Positions 9,709 through 20,174 of a stretch of DNA of 64,000 bases are shown here, piece by piece (positions within the stretch are counted from its first letter, which is position 1; each line of letters begins with the position of its first letter). The position numbers and the translations under genes are program-made. Source of the stretch: an uncultured Nitrospiraceae bacterium (GTDB lineage: Bacteria > Nitrospirota > Thermodesulfovibrionia > Thermodesulfovibrionales > Dissulfurispiraceae); NCBI GenBank assembly GCA_963705105.1, contig CAVPIW010000006.1:128001-192000 (forward strand), read 5' to 3'. The notes beneath the pieces were generated by a model. That model ran no database searches. It had not been told where the DNA came from and saw only the letters and a list, made by a program, of their open reading frames with translations.

Positions 9709-11676
9709 TCAGAGTATTCCCACGTTTTTTTGTATCTCTTCCGTGCTGTGTCCGGGAATGCTCCTCAAATACTCGAAATAGGTCGTCATGACCCGCTTGA
9801 CGTAATTCCTCGTCTCGTCGTAGGGGATGTCCTCGATGAACTCGTCGATGGTCCGGTAGTCCCCGCGCCTGAGCCATTCACGCACGGCTTCCTCGCCGGC
9901 GTTGTATGCTGCAAGGGCAACGGGAAGGGATGAATAGGCTTTCAGCAGGTGTTTCATATAGGCCGTGCCGATCCGGATGTTCGTCCGGACGTCGAAGAGC
10001 TCGCTGTTGCGGGACAGGCGCACCTGGCCGCTCTTGCTGAACCGCTGGGCCGTCTGGGGCATGAGCTGCATCAGCCCCAGGGCGCCCGCGATAGACCGTG
10101 CCTCCGGGTCGAAACGTGACTCCTCCCTGATGACGGACAGGACAAAGAAGGGGTCGACGCCCTGCATGGCCGCCGTCTCCTCGACGTCCTGGCGGAATCC
10201 GAGGGGATAGAGCAGATCATGGATATCGCTGCTGTACTGCGTTTTGCTGATAAGATTGATCGATTGCTTGTAGTTTCCGAGCTCTTTCAGGAATGCGCTG
10301 GCCTGGAGGAGATCATGCGGCGATGCGGCGAATCTCGACGGGTCCTGCAGCTCCTCCATCGCCTCAGAACGGAAGCCCAGCTTTGAAAGGATCTCGGCCC
10401 TCCTGGAGAAGCCGCCGCCTGCAGGGATGTCGGGCGTTACCCGGGCTACAGCCGTGAAGTCGCGGCCGTCGCGGAGAGCTGAGAGGTAGCTGTAGAAATC
10501 GCGGTAGCGGGTGTTCGTCCTCCGCGCCTCCGCTTTCCTGGCGGCCCCGTCCCCAAGATGATCGAGGCAACGATCCCTCCAGTAATGGTAGCGGGAATCG
10601 CCGTAGACCTCGATCATCTGCGAGAGGACCGCGGAGGCGTTGCGGTAGTCACGGAGGGCGTAATAGGTCCATGCTTTCGACCAGAGCGCGTCTTCTTTCG
10701 AGCCCGGGAAATGAGCGATGACCCTGTCCAGCACCGACAAAGCCGCTTCCGGCTCGCCCTGGCGGCGTTTCTTCATGGCATAGGAGATCAGGACCTCCGC
10801 GTTCTTTTTGTCGCCTGACTTGTAGAGGTGGGACATTTCCGCCTCGAAGGCCGCCAGTTCGTTCGCCCTGAGGAGAGACCGGGCCCTCCAGTATGGCTTA
10901 TGCACATCCCGGTACAGCTCGGCTGACTCGCGATAGCGTTTCTGCCTGAACATGGAGAGGGCCAGTCCCTCCTTGATTTCTTTCCTGTGCGTGCCCGTAT
11001 CCTTTTTCAGTGCCTCGCGGAAGTACTTCTCGGACTCTTCGAAGAGCCAGGCCTTGTTGAGGTTTTCACCCCTCTTCAGGAGGAGAGAAACGGTGATGTC
11101 CGGCGGAGCAAGTTCAGCCTCGGCCTGCTTTGAGAACGATGTCGGAGACGTATAGACATCTTTGAACAGAGACTTCGCCTTCTGCAGATCCCCCGTTTCA
11201 CGGAGCAGCCGCGCATAGGCGAATTTCATCTCCATATGGGACGGATAGTCCTGGGTAAAACGATCGAGAAGGGGCAATGCCGCCGGTGATCCCCTTTTCC
11301 TCTGGAGCTCGATCTCCCGTATTCGCGCTTTCTTGATAAGAGGAGAATCCCTGTAATCCCTCCTCAGGGCTTCCAGATCGGCCACAGCGCCGTCGATATC
11401 TCCCTGTGTCTCACGGGCGCCTGCTCTCCAGAGGAGCGCGTAGTCGCCGAGGAGCGGCAGGCGCTCGCGGGCAAGGGTCAGCAGTTCGATGCTCCGCTCG
11501 GCGTTTCCGCTGTCGAGCATCTGCTTTCCCATGAGGAGATAACGGCCGTTGCTCAGTTGTTCGTCGATAGGGACGCTGCGGTCGCTCACCGTTGCGCTTG
11601 AACGCCCGAGCACCGGCAGCAATGACAGCAGGGCAAGGAGCATCGCTAAAGCCGCATAAGGTCTACAATTCCTCAA
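9709..11676 (-). CDS. Soluble lytic murein transglycosylase with TPR-like repeats
   Basis: IREESRF, ALGLMQLMP, AAYNAG, ETRNYV; signal peptide. Confidence 0.9.
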   Translation of the reverse strand: MRNCRPYAALAMLLALLSLLPVLGRSSATVSDRSVPIDEQLSNGRYLLMGKQMLDSGNAERSIELLTLARERLPLLGDYALLWRAGARETQGDIDGAVADLEALRRDYRDSPLIKKARIREIELQRKRGSPAALPLLDRFTQDYPSHMEMKFAYARLLRETGDLQKAKSLFKDVYTSPTSFSKQAEAELAPPDITVSLLLKRGENLNKAWLFEESEKYFREALKKDTGTHRKEIKEGLALSMFRQKRYRESAELYRDVHKPYWRARSLLRANELAAFEAEMSHLYKSGDKKNAEVLISYAMKKRRQGEPEAALSVLDRVIAHFPGSKEDALWSKAWTYYALRDYRNASAVLSQMIEVYGDSRYHYWRDRCLDHLGDGAARKAEARRTNTRYRDFYSYLSALRDGRDFTAVARVTPDIPAGGGFSRRAEILSKLGFRSEAMEELQDPSRFAASPHDLLQASAFLKELGNYKQSINLISKTQYSSDIHDLLYPLGFRQDVEETAAMQGVDPFFVLSVIREESRFDPEARSIAGALGLMQLMPQTAQRFSKSGQVRLSRNSELFDVRTNIRIGTAYMKHLLKAYSSLPVALAAYNAGEEAVREWLRRGDYRTIDEFIEDIPYDETRNYVKRVMTTYFEYLRSIPGHSTEEIQKNVGIL

Positions 11677-12781
11677 GGAGGGCCTCCTCCGGGTCTTTCA
11701 GGGGCAGGCCGAAGGCCTCGGCTACCTTTGCATAAACAATACTGCCCTTGAACGTATTGAGGGCGCTCCTGAGGACGGCGTCTCTGCGGAGGGCGGCGGC
11801 TATGCCTGACGCCGCGAGTGTCCTGATGTAGGGCAGGGTGGCATTCGTGATGGATAATGTGGACGTCCTGGGATAGGCGCCCGGCATGTTGGCCACCATA
11901 TAATGGATGATACCGTCGACGACATAGATCGGGTTGTCATGCGTCGTAGGACGGGCCGTTTCGACACACCCCCCCTGGTCAACGGAGACATCGACGATGA
12001 CGGCACCCTTTTTCATCGCTCTCAGCATCTCCGCCGGTATGAGGACAGGGGTCCTCCCGCCGGGCACAAGGACCGCACCGATGACGAGATCGGCGTCTCT
12101 GATCTCCGCCTGAATGGCTGTGGCGCTCAACGTCAGTGTCTTGATCCTGCCGGCATAGATCTCGTCGAGTCTCGCAAGCCGCTCCACGCCCCTGTTCATG
12201 ACGACCGTGTCCATCCCGAGCCCCGCACAGACCCTTGCGGCATTGGTGCCGACGACACCGGCGCCGATGATGACAACACTGGCGGGTTTGACGCCCGAGG
12301 CCCCGCAGAAGAGCACGCCGTCGCCCCCATGGATCTTCTGGAGGAAGAAGGACCCAACAAGGGGAGCCATCCTGCCGGCGATCTCGCTCATGGGGGCGAG
12401 CAGCGGGAGAGCGCCGTCGACCTCCACCGTTTCGTAGCCGAGGGCGGTGATCCTTCTTTCGAGGAGAAATTCCGTCAACGGCCGGGACGACGCGAGGTGG
12501 AGGTATGTGAAGAGGGCCTGCTCCTCCCTGAAGAGATCGTATTCCGGCGGCAGCGGTTCCTTGACCTTGACGATGAGCTCTGCCTTGTCGAAGAGGTCAT
12601 GCTTGCCGACAATGTCGCCGTCGGCGGAGAGGTATTCGTCGTCGGGAAATCCGCTCCCCTCGCCGGCGCCGGATTCGATGAGGACCGTGTGGCCGTCTCT
12701 CCTGAGTTCGGCAACGCCGGAAGGCGTCATGCCGACCCTGTATTCATGCGTCTTTATTTCCTTCGGGACGCCGATGATCAT
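11663..12781 (-). CDS. ald: Alanine dehydrogenase
   Basis: MIIGVPKEIK.HEYRV, FTYLHLA, PMSEIAGR, GAGVVG, VANMPGAYPRTST. Confidence 0.95.
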   Translation of the reverse strand: MIIGVPKEIKTHEYRVGMTPSGVAELRRDGHTVLIESGAGEGSGFPDDEYLSADGDIVGKHDLFDKAELIVKVKEPLPPEYDLFREEQALFTYLHLASSRPLTEFLLERRITALGYETVEVDGALPLLAPMSEIAGRMAPLVGSFFLQKIHGGDGVLFCGASGVKPASVVIIGAGVVGTNAARVCAGLGMDTVVMNRGVERLARLDEIYAGRIKTLTLSATAIQAEIRDADLVIGAVLVPGGRTPVLIPAEMLRAMKKGAVIVDVSVDQGGCVETARPTTHDNPIYVVDGIIHYMVANMPGAYPRTSTLSITNATLPYIRTLAASGIAAALRRDAVLRSALNTFKGSIVYAKVAEAFGLPLKDPEEALLEEL

Positions 12782-12782
12782 T

Positions 12783-12991
12783 CCTTATCGCTCCAATGGG
12801 ACATCCGGGAAGGCGGGGCGACGATGCCGAAAAACAGTAGACAGCAGACAATAGACAGCAGGCAACAGACAGGATTCGCACCACCTAAGCACGACGGAAA
12901 GGCTTTGAACCATATTTGCCTTCCCCGGAGGCGCGTCGCTATCAGCAAGGCTTTGAGGCGCTTTGTCCCGCCTTTTCATGCAATTGGAAGG
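12783..12991 (-). repeat. Palindromic dispersed element, copy B
   Basis: Both arms present, reverse orientation; core carries a heptamer microsatellite (TAGACAG-like). Confidence 0.85.
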
Positions 12992-12996
12992 CATGA

Positions 12997-14201
12997 TCAG
13001 AACGCCCTCAGGTAGTCTATGTATGCCGAATGGTTCTTCTTCGTATCTCGTCCATGCTGTCGCCGCCGAACTTTTCGAGAAACGCATCGGCGAGGATGAG
13101 GGCCGTCATGGCCTCGGCGATCACCGCTGCTGCGGGGACGGCACAGATATCGGACCGCTCGTAGGCCGCCTCGACGGATTCGCGGGAGACGATGTCCACG
13201 GAACGGAGGGGCTTTCTGAGGGTCGGGATGGGCTTCATCGCCGCCCTGACAACGACGGGCATGCCGTTCGTCATGCCGCCCTCGATGCCGCCGGCGTGAT
13301 TGCTCTTTCTCCCGAAGAGGGTCGATGCGTCCGTCTCTCCGCCGCTGTCCGCGGGGTCGCTGAGGACGATCTCGTCCATCACCTCGGAGCCGAACCGGGC
13401 CGCCATGGTGAAACCGGAGCCGACCTCCACACCCTTGATCGCCTGGATGCTCATAACCGCCTGGGCCAGCCGGCCGTCGAGACGCCTGTCCCACTGGACA
13501 TGGCTGCCGAGGCCGGGCGGGAGTCCCTGCGCCGTGACCTGGAAGACGCCGCCCACCGTGTCGCCCCTCTTCAGGGCACTGTCGATCTCGGCGATCATCA
13601 GGCGCGTCGCATCGTCGTCAGGACACCGCACCGGTGAAAGGTCGGCGCGTTCAAAGATCTCTCCATCCCGGAAGGACGCATCATCCGGGGCTATCGCAGC
13701 TGACCCGATCCGGATCACGAAGCTGCCGATCGTGACGCCGAAAAAAGCGAGCAAGGTCCTCGCGACGGACCCGACGGCGACGCGCATGGCCGTCTCCCGG
13801 GCGCTGGAACGTTCCAGGATATTCCTGATGTCGCGGTGGCCGTATTTCATGGCGCCGGCGAGGTCGGCATGGCCGGGGCGCGGGCGGGTAACGGCAGACG
13901 CCGACCCCTCATGAGCGGCCTCGGGAGACATGCTTTCCTGCCAGTTCTTCCAGTCCCTGTTTTCCACGAACAGGGAGAGGGGTGACCCGATCGTCTTGCC
14001 CCACCGGACGCCCGAGAGGATTTCGGCCCGGTCCTGTTCGATCTTCATCCTGCCGCCCCTGCCGTACCCCAGCTGGCGTCTCCGGAGGTCCCTGTTGATG
14101 TCTTCCGGCCCGAGGGGCAGTCCTGACGGCAGACCTTCGAGGATGCCCGACAGGCCCTTCCCGTGCGATTCACCGGCGGTGAGAAATCTCAGGCGGTTCA
14201 T
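12997..14201 (-). CDS. aroC: Chorismate synthase (apparent frameshift in the last ~15 codons)
   Basis: [35 protein letters not shown]; the family-like tail [13 protein letters not shown] is in a shifted frame ending at 12997. Confidence 0.93.
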
Positions 14202-14270
14202 ATGCTTTAAAGATACCGCAAAAGAAAGTTTGCGTCAACACGGCCCGCTCATTTTTTGTGCTACAATAAA

Positions 14271-14482
14271 TCTGGTCGTTGCATACGCCCTCCGGGGCGG
14301 CGGGGCGTATGCGCCGAAAACCTTGATGCGGCGACACCTTAACGTTTACGGAAGATAACGCTTCAAAGCTATGGCCGATCAGACGGAGAGTGGAATCGTG
14401 AAACAAGAAGCTAACGATGCTCATCGTCGCCTTCAGCAAGGCTTTGAGGCGCTTCGCCCCGCCTGTTCATACAGCCGGAAGG
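14271..14482 (-). repeat. Palindromic dispersed element, copy C
   Basis: Both arms present; core colinear with copy E (47911). Confidence 0.85.
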
Positions 14483-14519
14483 GAAACAAAAACATCTTAA
14501 CACGCGAAATGGAAGGTAC

Positions 14520-16727
14520 ATGATGGATCTTGACATGCATATCAGACTCATCATCAACGGTGATCACGGCAGCGCCTTTGACATTCTGGGCATGCATTCG
14601 GGGCCTGACGGGATCGTTGTGAGGGCCTTCCTTCCCGATGCGAAGGAAGCGGTGGTTCTCAGTGTGTCCGGCAAAACGAAATGGGCGGCCCTGGAGACCG
14701 CCATGACGCAGACCCATGCCGAGGGTTTTTTCGAGGCCCGCTTCGACGGAATGACGACGCCTTTTCCGTACAGGCTTCGGACCGTCACGCACTGGGGAGA
14801 TACGCGGGAATTCGTCGATCCCTTCGCCATGCCGCCGGTGCTCACCGACTTCGATCTGCACCTCATCGGCCAGGGGACACACTATGAAAATTACGAGAAA
14901 CTCGGCGCGCACCTGCGGGTTGTCGACGGCGTCTCCGGTGTCCATTTCGCCGTCTGGGCGCCAAACGCCAGGAGGGTGAGCCTTGTCGGAGACTTCAACT
15001 CCTGGGACAACAGGCGCCATCCCATGCGGCTCCTCGGAGTGTCCGGCATATGGGAGATCTTCGTCCCCGGTATCGGCGAGGGTGAGGTCTACAAGTTCGA
15101 CATCTTTTCTCACAACAAGGGCTACCGGGAGCAGAAGGCCGATCCCTTTGCCTTTCACTTCGAGGTGCGGCCGAAGAGCGGCGCCATCGTCTGGGACATC
15201 ACAAAACACCGCTGGTCCGACGGCGTCTGGATGGAGATGCGTCGACACCGGAACTGGTTCGAAAGCCCCATATCGACCTATGAAGTCCATCTCGGCTCGT
15301 GGATGCGTGTGCCCGAAGAAAACAACAGGTTTCTCACGTACCGGGAACTTGCAGAGAGGCTGATCCCCTATGCCAGGCAGATGGGATTCACCCACATCGA
15401 ACTCCTGCCTGTCACGGAGCACCCCTTTGACGCATCCTGGGGATACCAGACACTCGGTTATTTCGCGCCCACATCACGGTTCGGACGACCGGAAGATTTC
15501 ATGTATTTCATTGATCAGTGCCACCAGAACGACATCGGCGTGATCATGGACTGGGTGCCCGCCCATTTTCCCCGGGACGCCCACGGGCTGGGTTATTTCG
15601 ACGGGACCTGCCTTTATGAGCACGAGGACCCGAGGAAAGGGGAGCACCGGGACTGGGGGACGCTCATCTTCAATTACGGCCGGAATGAGGTCATCAATTA
15701 CCTCATTTCAAACGCCCTCTTCTGGCTTGACCGCTACCACATCGACGGACTCAGGGTTGACGCCGTTGCGTCCATGCTGTACCTCGATTACTCGCGGAAC
15801 ACCGGCGACTGGGTGCCGAACGAGTACGGCGGCAACGAGAACCTTCAGGCAGTGGCGTTCATCAAGAAGTTCAATGAGGTCGTCCACGGCGCCCATCCCG
15901 GCGTCCTTACCATCGCCGAGGAGTCGACGGCATGGCCGGGTGTATCGAGACCGACCTATCTCGGCGGGCTCGGATTCAGCATGAAGTGGAACATGGGATG
16001 GATGCACGACACCCTCCGTTATTTCTCCAGGGAACCCGTCTTCCGGAAATACCACTCCAATGACATCACCTTCAGCATGCTCTACAGCTTTACGGAGAAT
16101 TTCGTCCTCCCCTTCTCCCATGATGAGGTCGTTCATGGCAAGAGGTCGATGCTGAACAAGATGCCCGGCGACACGTGGCAGAAGTTCGCCAACCTGCGGA
16201 CCCTCTACGGCTACATGTACGGGCACCCGGGCAAAAAGATCCTCTTCATGGGATCGGAGTGGGGACAATGGGATGAATGGAACTCCGACAAGAGTCTCGA
16301 CTGGCACCTGACGGGCTACAAACCCCACCGGAAGCTCCAGCGGTTCCTGCAGGACCTCAATGCCGTCTACCGCGCCGAGCCGGCACTCTTTGAGATCGAC
16401 TTCAACTGGAAAGGCTTCGAATGGATCGACTTCAGTGATGCGAAGCGGAGCGTCCTGTCCTTTATCAGAAGGGCGAAGGACCCGGAGGATTTCCTCGTCT
16501 TCGTCTTCAACAATACCCCTGTGCCGAGGATGAAATACCTCATCGGCGTGCCCAGGGGAGGGTTTTACCGGGAGCTGCTCAACAGCGACTCTTCCTACTA
16601 CGGCGGGAGCAATCTCGGCAACGCAGGGCTCGTCGTCGCCGACAGGGTGCCCATGCACGGCAGGGAATTCTCCCTGAGCCTCACACTGCCGCCCCTTTCG
16701 TGCATGATCTTTAAACCGCAGGCATAG
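14520..16727 (+). CDS. glgB: 1,4-alpha-glucan branching enzyme
   Basis: [49 protein letters not shown]. Confidence 0.97.
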   Translation: MMDLDMHIRLIINGDHGSAFDILGMHSGPDGIVVRAFLPDAKEAVVLSVSGKTKWAALETAMTQTHAEGFFEARFDGMTTPFPYRLRTVTHWGDTREFVDPFAMPPVLTDFDLHLIGQGTHYENYEKLGAHLRVVDGVSGVHFAVWAPNARRVSLVGDFNSWDNRRHPMRLLGVSGIWEIFVPGIGEGEVYKFDIFSHNKGYREQKADPFAFHFEVRPKSGAIVWDITKHRWSDGVWMEMRRHRNWFESPISTYEVHLGSWMRVPEENNRFLTYRELAERLIPYARQMGFTHIELLPVTEHPFDASWGYQTLGYFAPTSRFGRPEDFMYFIDQCHQNDIGVIMDWVPAHFPRDAHGLGYFDGTCLYEHEDPRKGEHRDWGTLIFNYGRNEVINYLISNALFWLDRYHIDGLRVDAVASMLYLDYSRNTGDWVPNEYGGNENLQAVAFIKKFNEVVHGAHPGVLTIAEESTAWPGVSRPTYLGGLGFSMKWNMGWMHDTLRYFSREPVFRKYHSNDITFSMLYSFTENFVLPFSHDEVVHGKRSMLNKMPGDTWQKFANLRTLYGYMYGHPGKKILFMGSEWGQWDEWNSDKSLDWHLTGYKPHRKLQRFLQDLNAVYRAEPALFEIDFNWKGFEWIDFSDAKRSVLSFIRRAKDPEDFLVFVFNNTPVPRMKYLIGVPRGGFYRELLNSDSSYYGGSNLGNAGLVVADRVPMHGREFSLSLTLPPLSCMIFKPQA

Positions 16728-16773
16728 ATTAGGCGGGGAGGTTCCGTCGGGACGGGATCTGAAAAATGGTTCT

Positions 16774-17352
16774 TCATGATTTAGGCCTTCCACAGCGCGA
16801 CTGAGATCGCGCACGATAGAGCCGTTCAGTGAAGCCGCCCTCAGTCAAAAAAGCTTTTTCCAGGGCTCTCAGTTGCTGGTCAAGCAGGTAGTTGGTCTGA
16901 TGGATCAGGCAGATCATGGTGTTTGAGGCAACTTCCAAGGAGGAAGCCTCAAGATATGTCTTATAGGTCAAATACGACCTATCCTTCGCGTAGGCGAGTT
17001 TTCTCACTGTTTGGGCCTGCGGGTGATCTTTTCCCCAGAGCGGGAGGCCCTTCTGCCGCAGGAAATCCTGGAAGTCCAGGAGCAGCTCTTCGAAGCTTGC
17101 CCGTGCCACACCGACCAGCTTCAGTTCGGTCTTCTTGGATGTGCCTGAAGCCATGCTTCCTTCTGCGATGTTCTGCTTGCCGCTTCTGGCGGCCTGGACC
17201 ATCTGATCGTGCGTGCGTGAGCGTTTGTCGATGTAACGGTCGCAAAAAACGACAGTGGCATCATAAACGAGCTCTGCCATTTTGTAAGACTGCAGCTCCC
17301 GATACCCGCCATGAGGCGGAATGAGTTGAGGAGGTTCCTTCGGTTCGGTCAT
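16774..17352 (-). CDS. Four-helix-bundle (bAvd/IVS-like) protein with suffix domain
   Basis: HGGYR.L, DQMVQAARSGKQNIAEGS, ELLLDFQDFLRQ, EGGFTERLY. Confidence 0.85.
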   Translation of the reverse strand: MTEPKEPPQLIPPHGGYRELQSYKMAELVYDATVVFCDRYIDKRSRTHDQMVQAARSGKQNIAEGSMASGTSKKTELKLVGVARASFEELLLDFQDFLRQKGLPLWGKDHPQAQTVRKLAYAKDRSYLTYKTYLEASSLEVASNTMICLIHQTNYLLDQQLRALEKAFLTEGGFTERLYRARSQSRCGRPKS

Positions 17353-17438
17353 AGTTTTATGTCAAGCGTAACGCCCTGTGGCATCACTTCTCAATTATAC
17401 ACACAGTAGTCCCGCAAGACGTGTCTTGCGTCACATCC

Positions 17439-17507
17439 GGGTTCATCCCCGCGTGTGCGGGGAACAGTTAATAGGGAATGGGTTTGAGGGGCGGAAGAAT
17501 GGGTTCA
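17439..17507 (-). CRISPR. Orphan type I-E-like repeat, one spacer-length segment and a 7-nt repeat stub
   Basis: GGGTTCATCCCCGCGTGTGCGGGGAACAG (29 nt) matches the I-E repeat pattern; GGGTTCA recurs 62 nt later. Confidence 0.7.
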
Positions 17508-17536
17508 GTCATATGCAATTCTCTCGCCGATACGTT

Positions 17537-17932
17537 CTATAAGCCAAGATACCGTTTCACCGCGCCGACAAATGTCTGCGCTCCAGCGACTGCTGTCACC
17601 GCGTCATCATGAGAAAAGGCGACAAACTCGCGGTAATCGCCCTCAAGCCGATCATCAAATACATTGTGAAGAATAGTCGAAAAGCTCTTTTCGAACTTGC
17701 CCTTTCCCACAAATTCCTTGTCAAAGAGTGAGATCACGCCCGAATGTTTTGACGTCTTCAAGGGGATGTCCTCTCTGATAAACAGCGCCAACAAGGCGTA
17801 GAACATAGCATAATAAGCTCTATTGATGATCGAACGGGGAGCAAACTGCCCTTGAAGCATCAACTCAGCCTCGGCAAGGGTCTCCTCCGCTTGCTGCATG
17901 CGATACGAGAAGAGGGCCTCTTTATCCGTCAT
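17537..17932 (-). CDS. HEPN-domain protein
   Basis: NRAYYAMF, SKHSGVISLF, DRLEGDY. Confidence 0.88.
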   Translation of the reverse strand: MTDKEALFSYRMQQAEETLAEAELMLQGQFAPRSIINRAYYAMFYALLALFIREDIPLKTSKHSGVISLFDKEFVGKGKFEKSFSTILHNVFDDRLEGDYREFVAFSHDDAVTAVAGAQTFVGAVKRYLGL

Positions 17933-18249
17933 ACCGCAACTCCTTCTTCCACGATGTTCCGCACGACAGAAGAACTCCTTAGAGGCGTGTCCTCTACCTC
18001 ATGTCTGGTAAAGATGAGAGCAGAGATGTAAATCGAATGCTTGAAGCCCACGTCCCATACAATATCTCTGATGCGCCGCTTGTCATCCTTCGTAAGTTGC
18101 TCGACTTCGATAAAGACGTCCAGATCAGAATCTTCCTCGCTATCGCCCCGTGCCCGTGAACCGAAAACCTTGAAGTCCGCGAGGTCAACAATATCGGTAA
18201 GCCGTCTTTTGAGCTCTCGCGCGATCTCCCGGTCCTTATCAGTCATCAT
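17929..18249 (-). CDS. Minimal nucleotidyltransferase (MNT), partner of the HEPN protein
   Basis: FGSRARGD...DSDLDV; 4-nt overlap with the HEPN gene. Confidence 0.9.
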   Translation of the reverse strand: MMTDKDREIARELKRRLTDIVDLADFKVFGSRARGDSEEDSDLDVFIEVEQLTKDDKRRIRDIVWDVGFKHSIYISALIFTRHEVEDTPLRSSSVVRNIVEEGVAV

Positions 18250-18307
18250 GCTCCTCCGGTTAGCCTTTTCCCCTTCATACGCGACGGCTCAATCTCCGAG
18301 AAAGCCG

Positions 18308-18522
18308 CTATGTATGAAGAGCAAGGTCTTCAATCGTTACTTTTTTGAAAATATCCCTGCGCTGCCGAAGCGTTTCACCGCGTCGAGTATCTCAATGCCT
18401 GCTCTGAGCCCTGCGGCATCATAATCGACAGCGATGCCCTCGGCGACATTCTTTGTTGTCACAGTGCCCTCGATAAATCGAATATACAGGGCGTCCACTT
18501 TCAGATCATATGTCATTCTCAT
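18308..18522 (-). pseudogene. DUF2283-like small protein, frameshifted near its 3' end
   Basis: YDLKVDALYIRF...IAVDYD..G...GIEILDA; the tail KKVTIEDLALHT* is in another frame. Confidence 0.6.
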
Positions 18523-18557
18523 TCTTCGAAATCTGCATTTAGAGAAAGACAACCTCG

Positions 18558-18746
18558 CTCACAATCCCAATTCTTTCTTCAAATCGCTGGTGCGCTGTCC
18601 ATCTCTTATTCTTCTTCTTGACTTCTAATGCCGAATAATAATCAATCTTATCCTGTTCAATGTCTTTCAATCTGACAAATTCCTTGTAATCGAGAATGAC
18701 TGCCACCGGTCTGTTATCTTCCTTTATGATCTGTGTCTTAATCATG
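18558..18746 (-). pseudogene. Antitoxin-like small protein, frameshifted; no cognate toxin seen
   Basis: IIKEDNRPVAVILDYKEF...; the typical tail DLKKELGL* lies one base out of frame. Confidence 0.55.
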
Positions 18747-18811
18747 ATAAGCCTCCTGTCTGTGCTTAATCTCATATACGAATATAGCATTTTCAGGAAT
18801 TTCAAAACCTT

Positions 18812-18968
18812 ATTTCAATCCTCATCCGCCCCGAAGGACGGATGCTACTGAAATCGCCCGCAAATAGTAGGATGTGATAAAAGTGTTTCAATCCTCATCC
18901 GTCCCGAAGGACGGATGCTACATTGCAAAAGTAGTTGAAGGGGCGTTGTTAAACGGTTTCAATCCTCA
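18812..18968 (-). CRISPR. Mini CRISPR array: 2 full 37-nt repeats, a 13-nt partial repeat and 2 spacers (I-C-like)
   Basis: Repeat GTTTCAATCCTCATCCGTCCCGAAGGACGGATGCTAC at 18812 (2 mismatches) and 18885, partial at 18956; unique spacers of 36 and 34 nt; minus strand ends in ATTGAAAC; internal hairpin. Confidence 0.9.
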
Positions 18969-19516
18969 AAATGAGCTTCAGTGTCCAGAAAGTCCGCATC
19001 AATGAGGCACGAAAAGAGCATTCTGACGTCAAGCATCGCTGCAACCCGGGATTGAAATCCAATCTGTACAGGGATAACCGGATTTGAAGGTTTTTCAGCG
19101 AGTAAGCCATCGGACGCAAGTCTTGCCTTCAGCCGACTGAAATCCTCATCACTAAGCCTTGTATTCTTAGGGTTTGCCTGGTTCATCATTCTTAATGCAC
19201 TGTTGCCGCCTTGCTGCAAACCAATGTGATGCCCCTGAATTGCCAGTGCTGCTGCAACAGCCTGAAACTCGCTGAGCACCACCCAAGCCCCGGGAGACCA
19301 GTGATCAAGCCCCTTCGCTTCACCCCGCAGGCGGGCCTGAAATAGATCGGCATATTTTCCGAGGTCATGAAGCAAACCTGCCAAGCGTGCTTCATCACGC
19401 CATCCTGCATTACCAGCGAAATCTGCAGCAAGCCCTGCAACTTCGGTCAGGTGTTCCTTAGCCGAATGTGTCAGACCATGATCGTTCTTACTATGGGCAA
19501 GATATCTCACAATCAC
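18959..19516 (-). pseudogene. cas3: Cas3 HD nuclease domain only (helicase absent)
   Basis: YLAHS...H...EHL..V, LLHDLGK, DHWSPGA, GHHIGL, RMLFSCLIDADFLDTE. Confidence 0.88.
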
Positions 19517-19579
19517 CCTCCCATTTTCACAATATCAGCAGAAACCTTATGCGCATCAACGATAGATTTATCTCTCCTT

Positions 19580-19925
19580 TCCCCACCAAACCCTATCTTT
19601 CTTTTTTTCGTCCCCGGCGGCGGCTTCTTGAGTTCTCTGATCGCGTCAAAGACCACCCTTCACCCCGTTAGAGATAGGAACCGCTTCAATCGATTCTTCA
19701 AGTAACGTTTGCCCATGCCTGATTTCAAGCTCTGTCGCTGTTCAGGTCGCTTGACAGCATTGCCACACCTTGCTCAGTGAACACATAGGGCAGATAGCGC
19801 CAGTCACCCCTGCTGCTCTTTGATGTCACAATTTGTGATCTCAAACTCGCAACCTCCTGTTTATCCGATTGAAACGTGAAATCGGGCGGAAACCATTCAG
19901 CGTTCCTCTCGACGGCTTGCATATG
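19580..19925 (-). pseudogene. ORF6N-domain DNA-binding protein relic
   Basis: QAVERN..WFPPDF.FQ...LRSQIVTS...YLPYVFTEQGVAMLSS, then a stop; separate fragment VVFDAIRELKKPP...KRKIGF. Confidence 0.75.
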
Positions 19926-20174
19926 ACATTTTCGCCTCGAGTGAGGATTATCTCTTTCTATGAGCTCAACAGGATCATCCAGTCTTTCACCGCCCGGTCG
20001 GGATATCTGTCCCATGTGTCCCAAGATCGTTTTAACTCACCTTTTTCAATTATACACACTCGACCTCCCCCAAAGGGTGTCCTATGTTTTCGAACGGGGA
20101 GGTGTAAGGGAAGCATGCTCCTGCGGGAAGAGACGGCGGAAGACAGGGAAAATCGGGGAGAGGAGTGGCGGAGG

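Noticed and set aside
16774..17352. Four-helix-bundle gene as part of a diversity-generating retroelement
   Set aside because: No reverse transcriptase and no TR/VR pair seen in the window
17391..20059. 14-bp direct repeat TCAATTATACACAC as att sites or a target duplication of the islet
   Set aside because: It is the reverse complement of an extended -10 promoter (TGTGTATAAT), and similar CAATTATA motifs precede other minus-strand genes; promoter reuse is simpler, though a boundary role is not excluded
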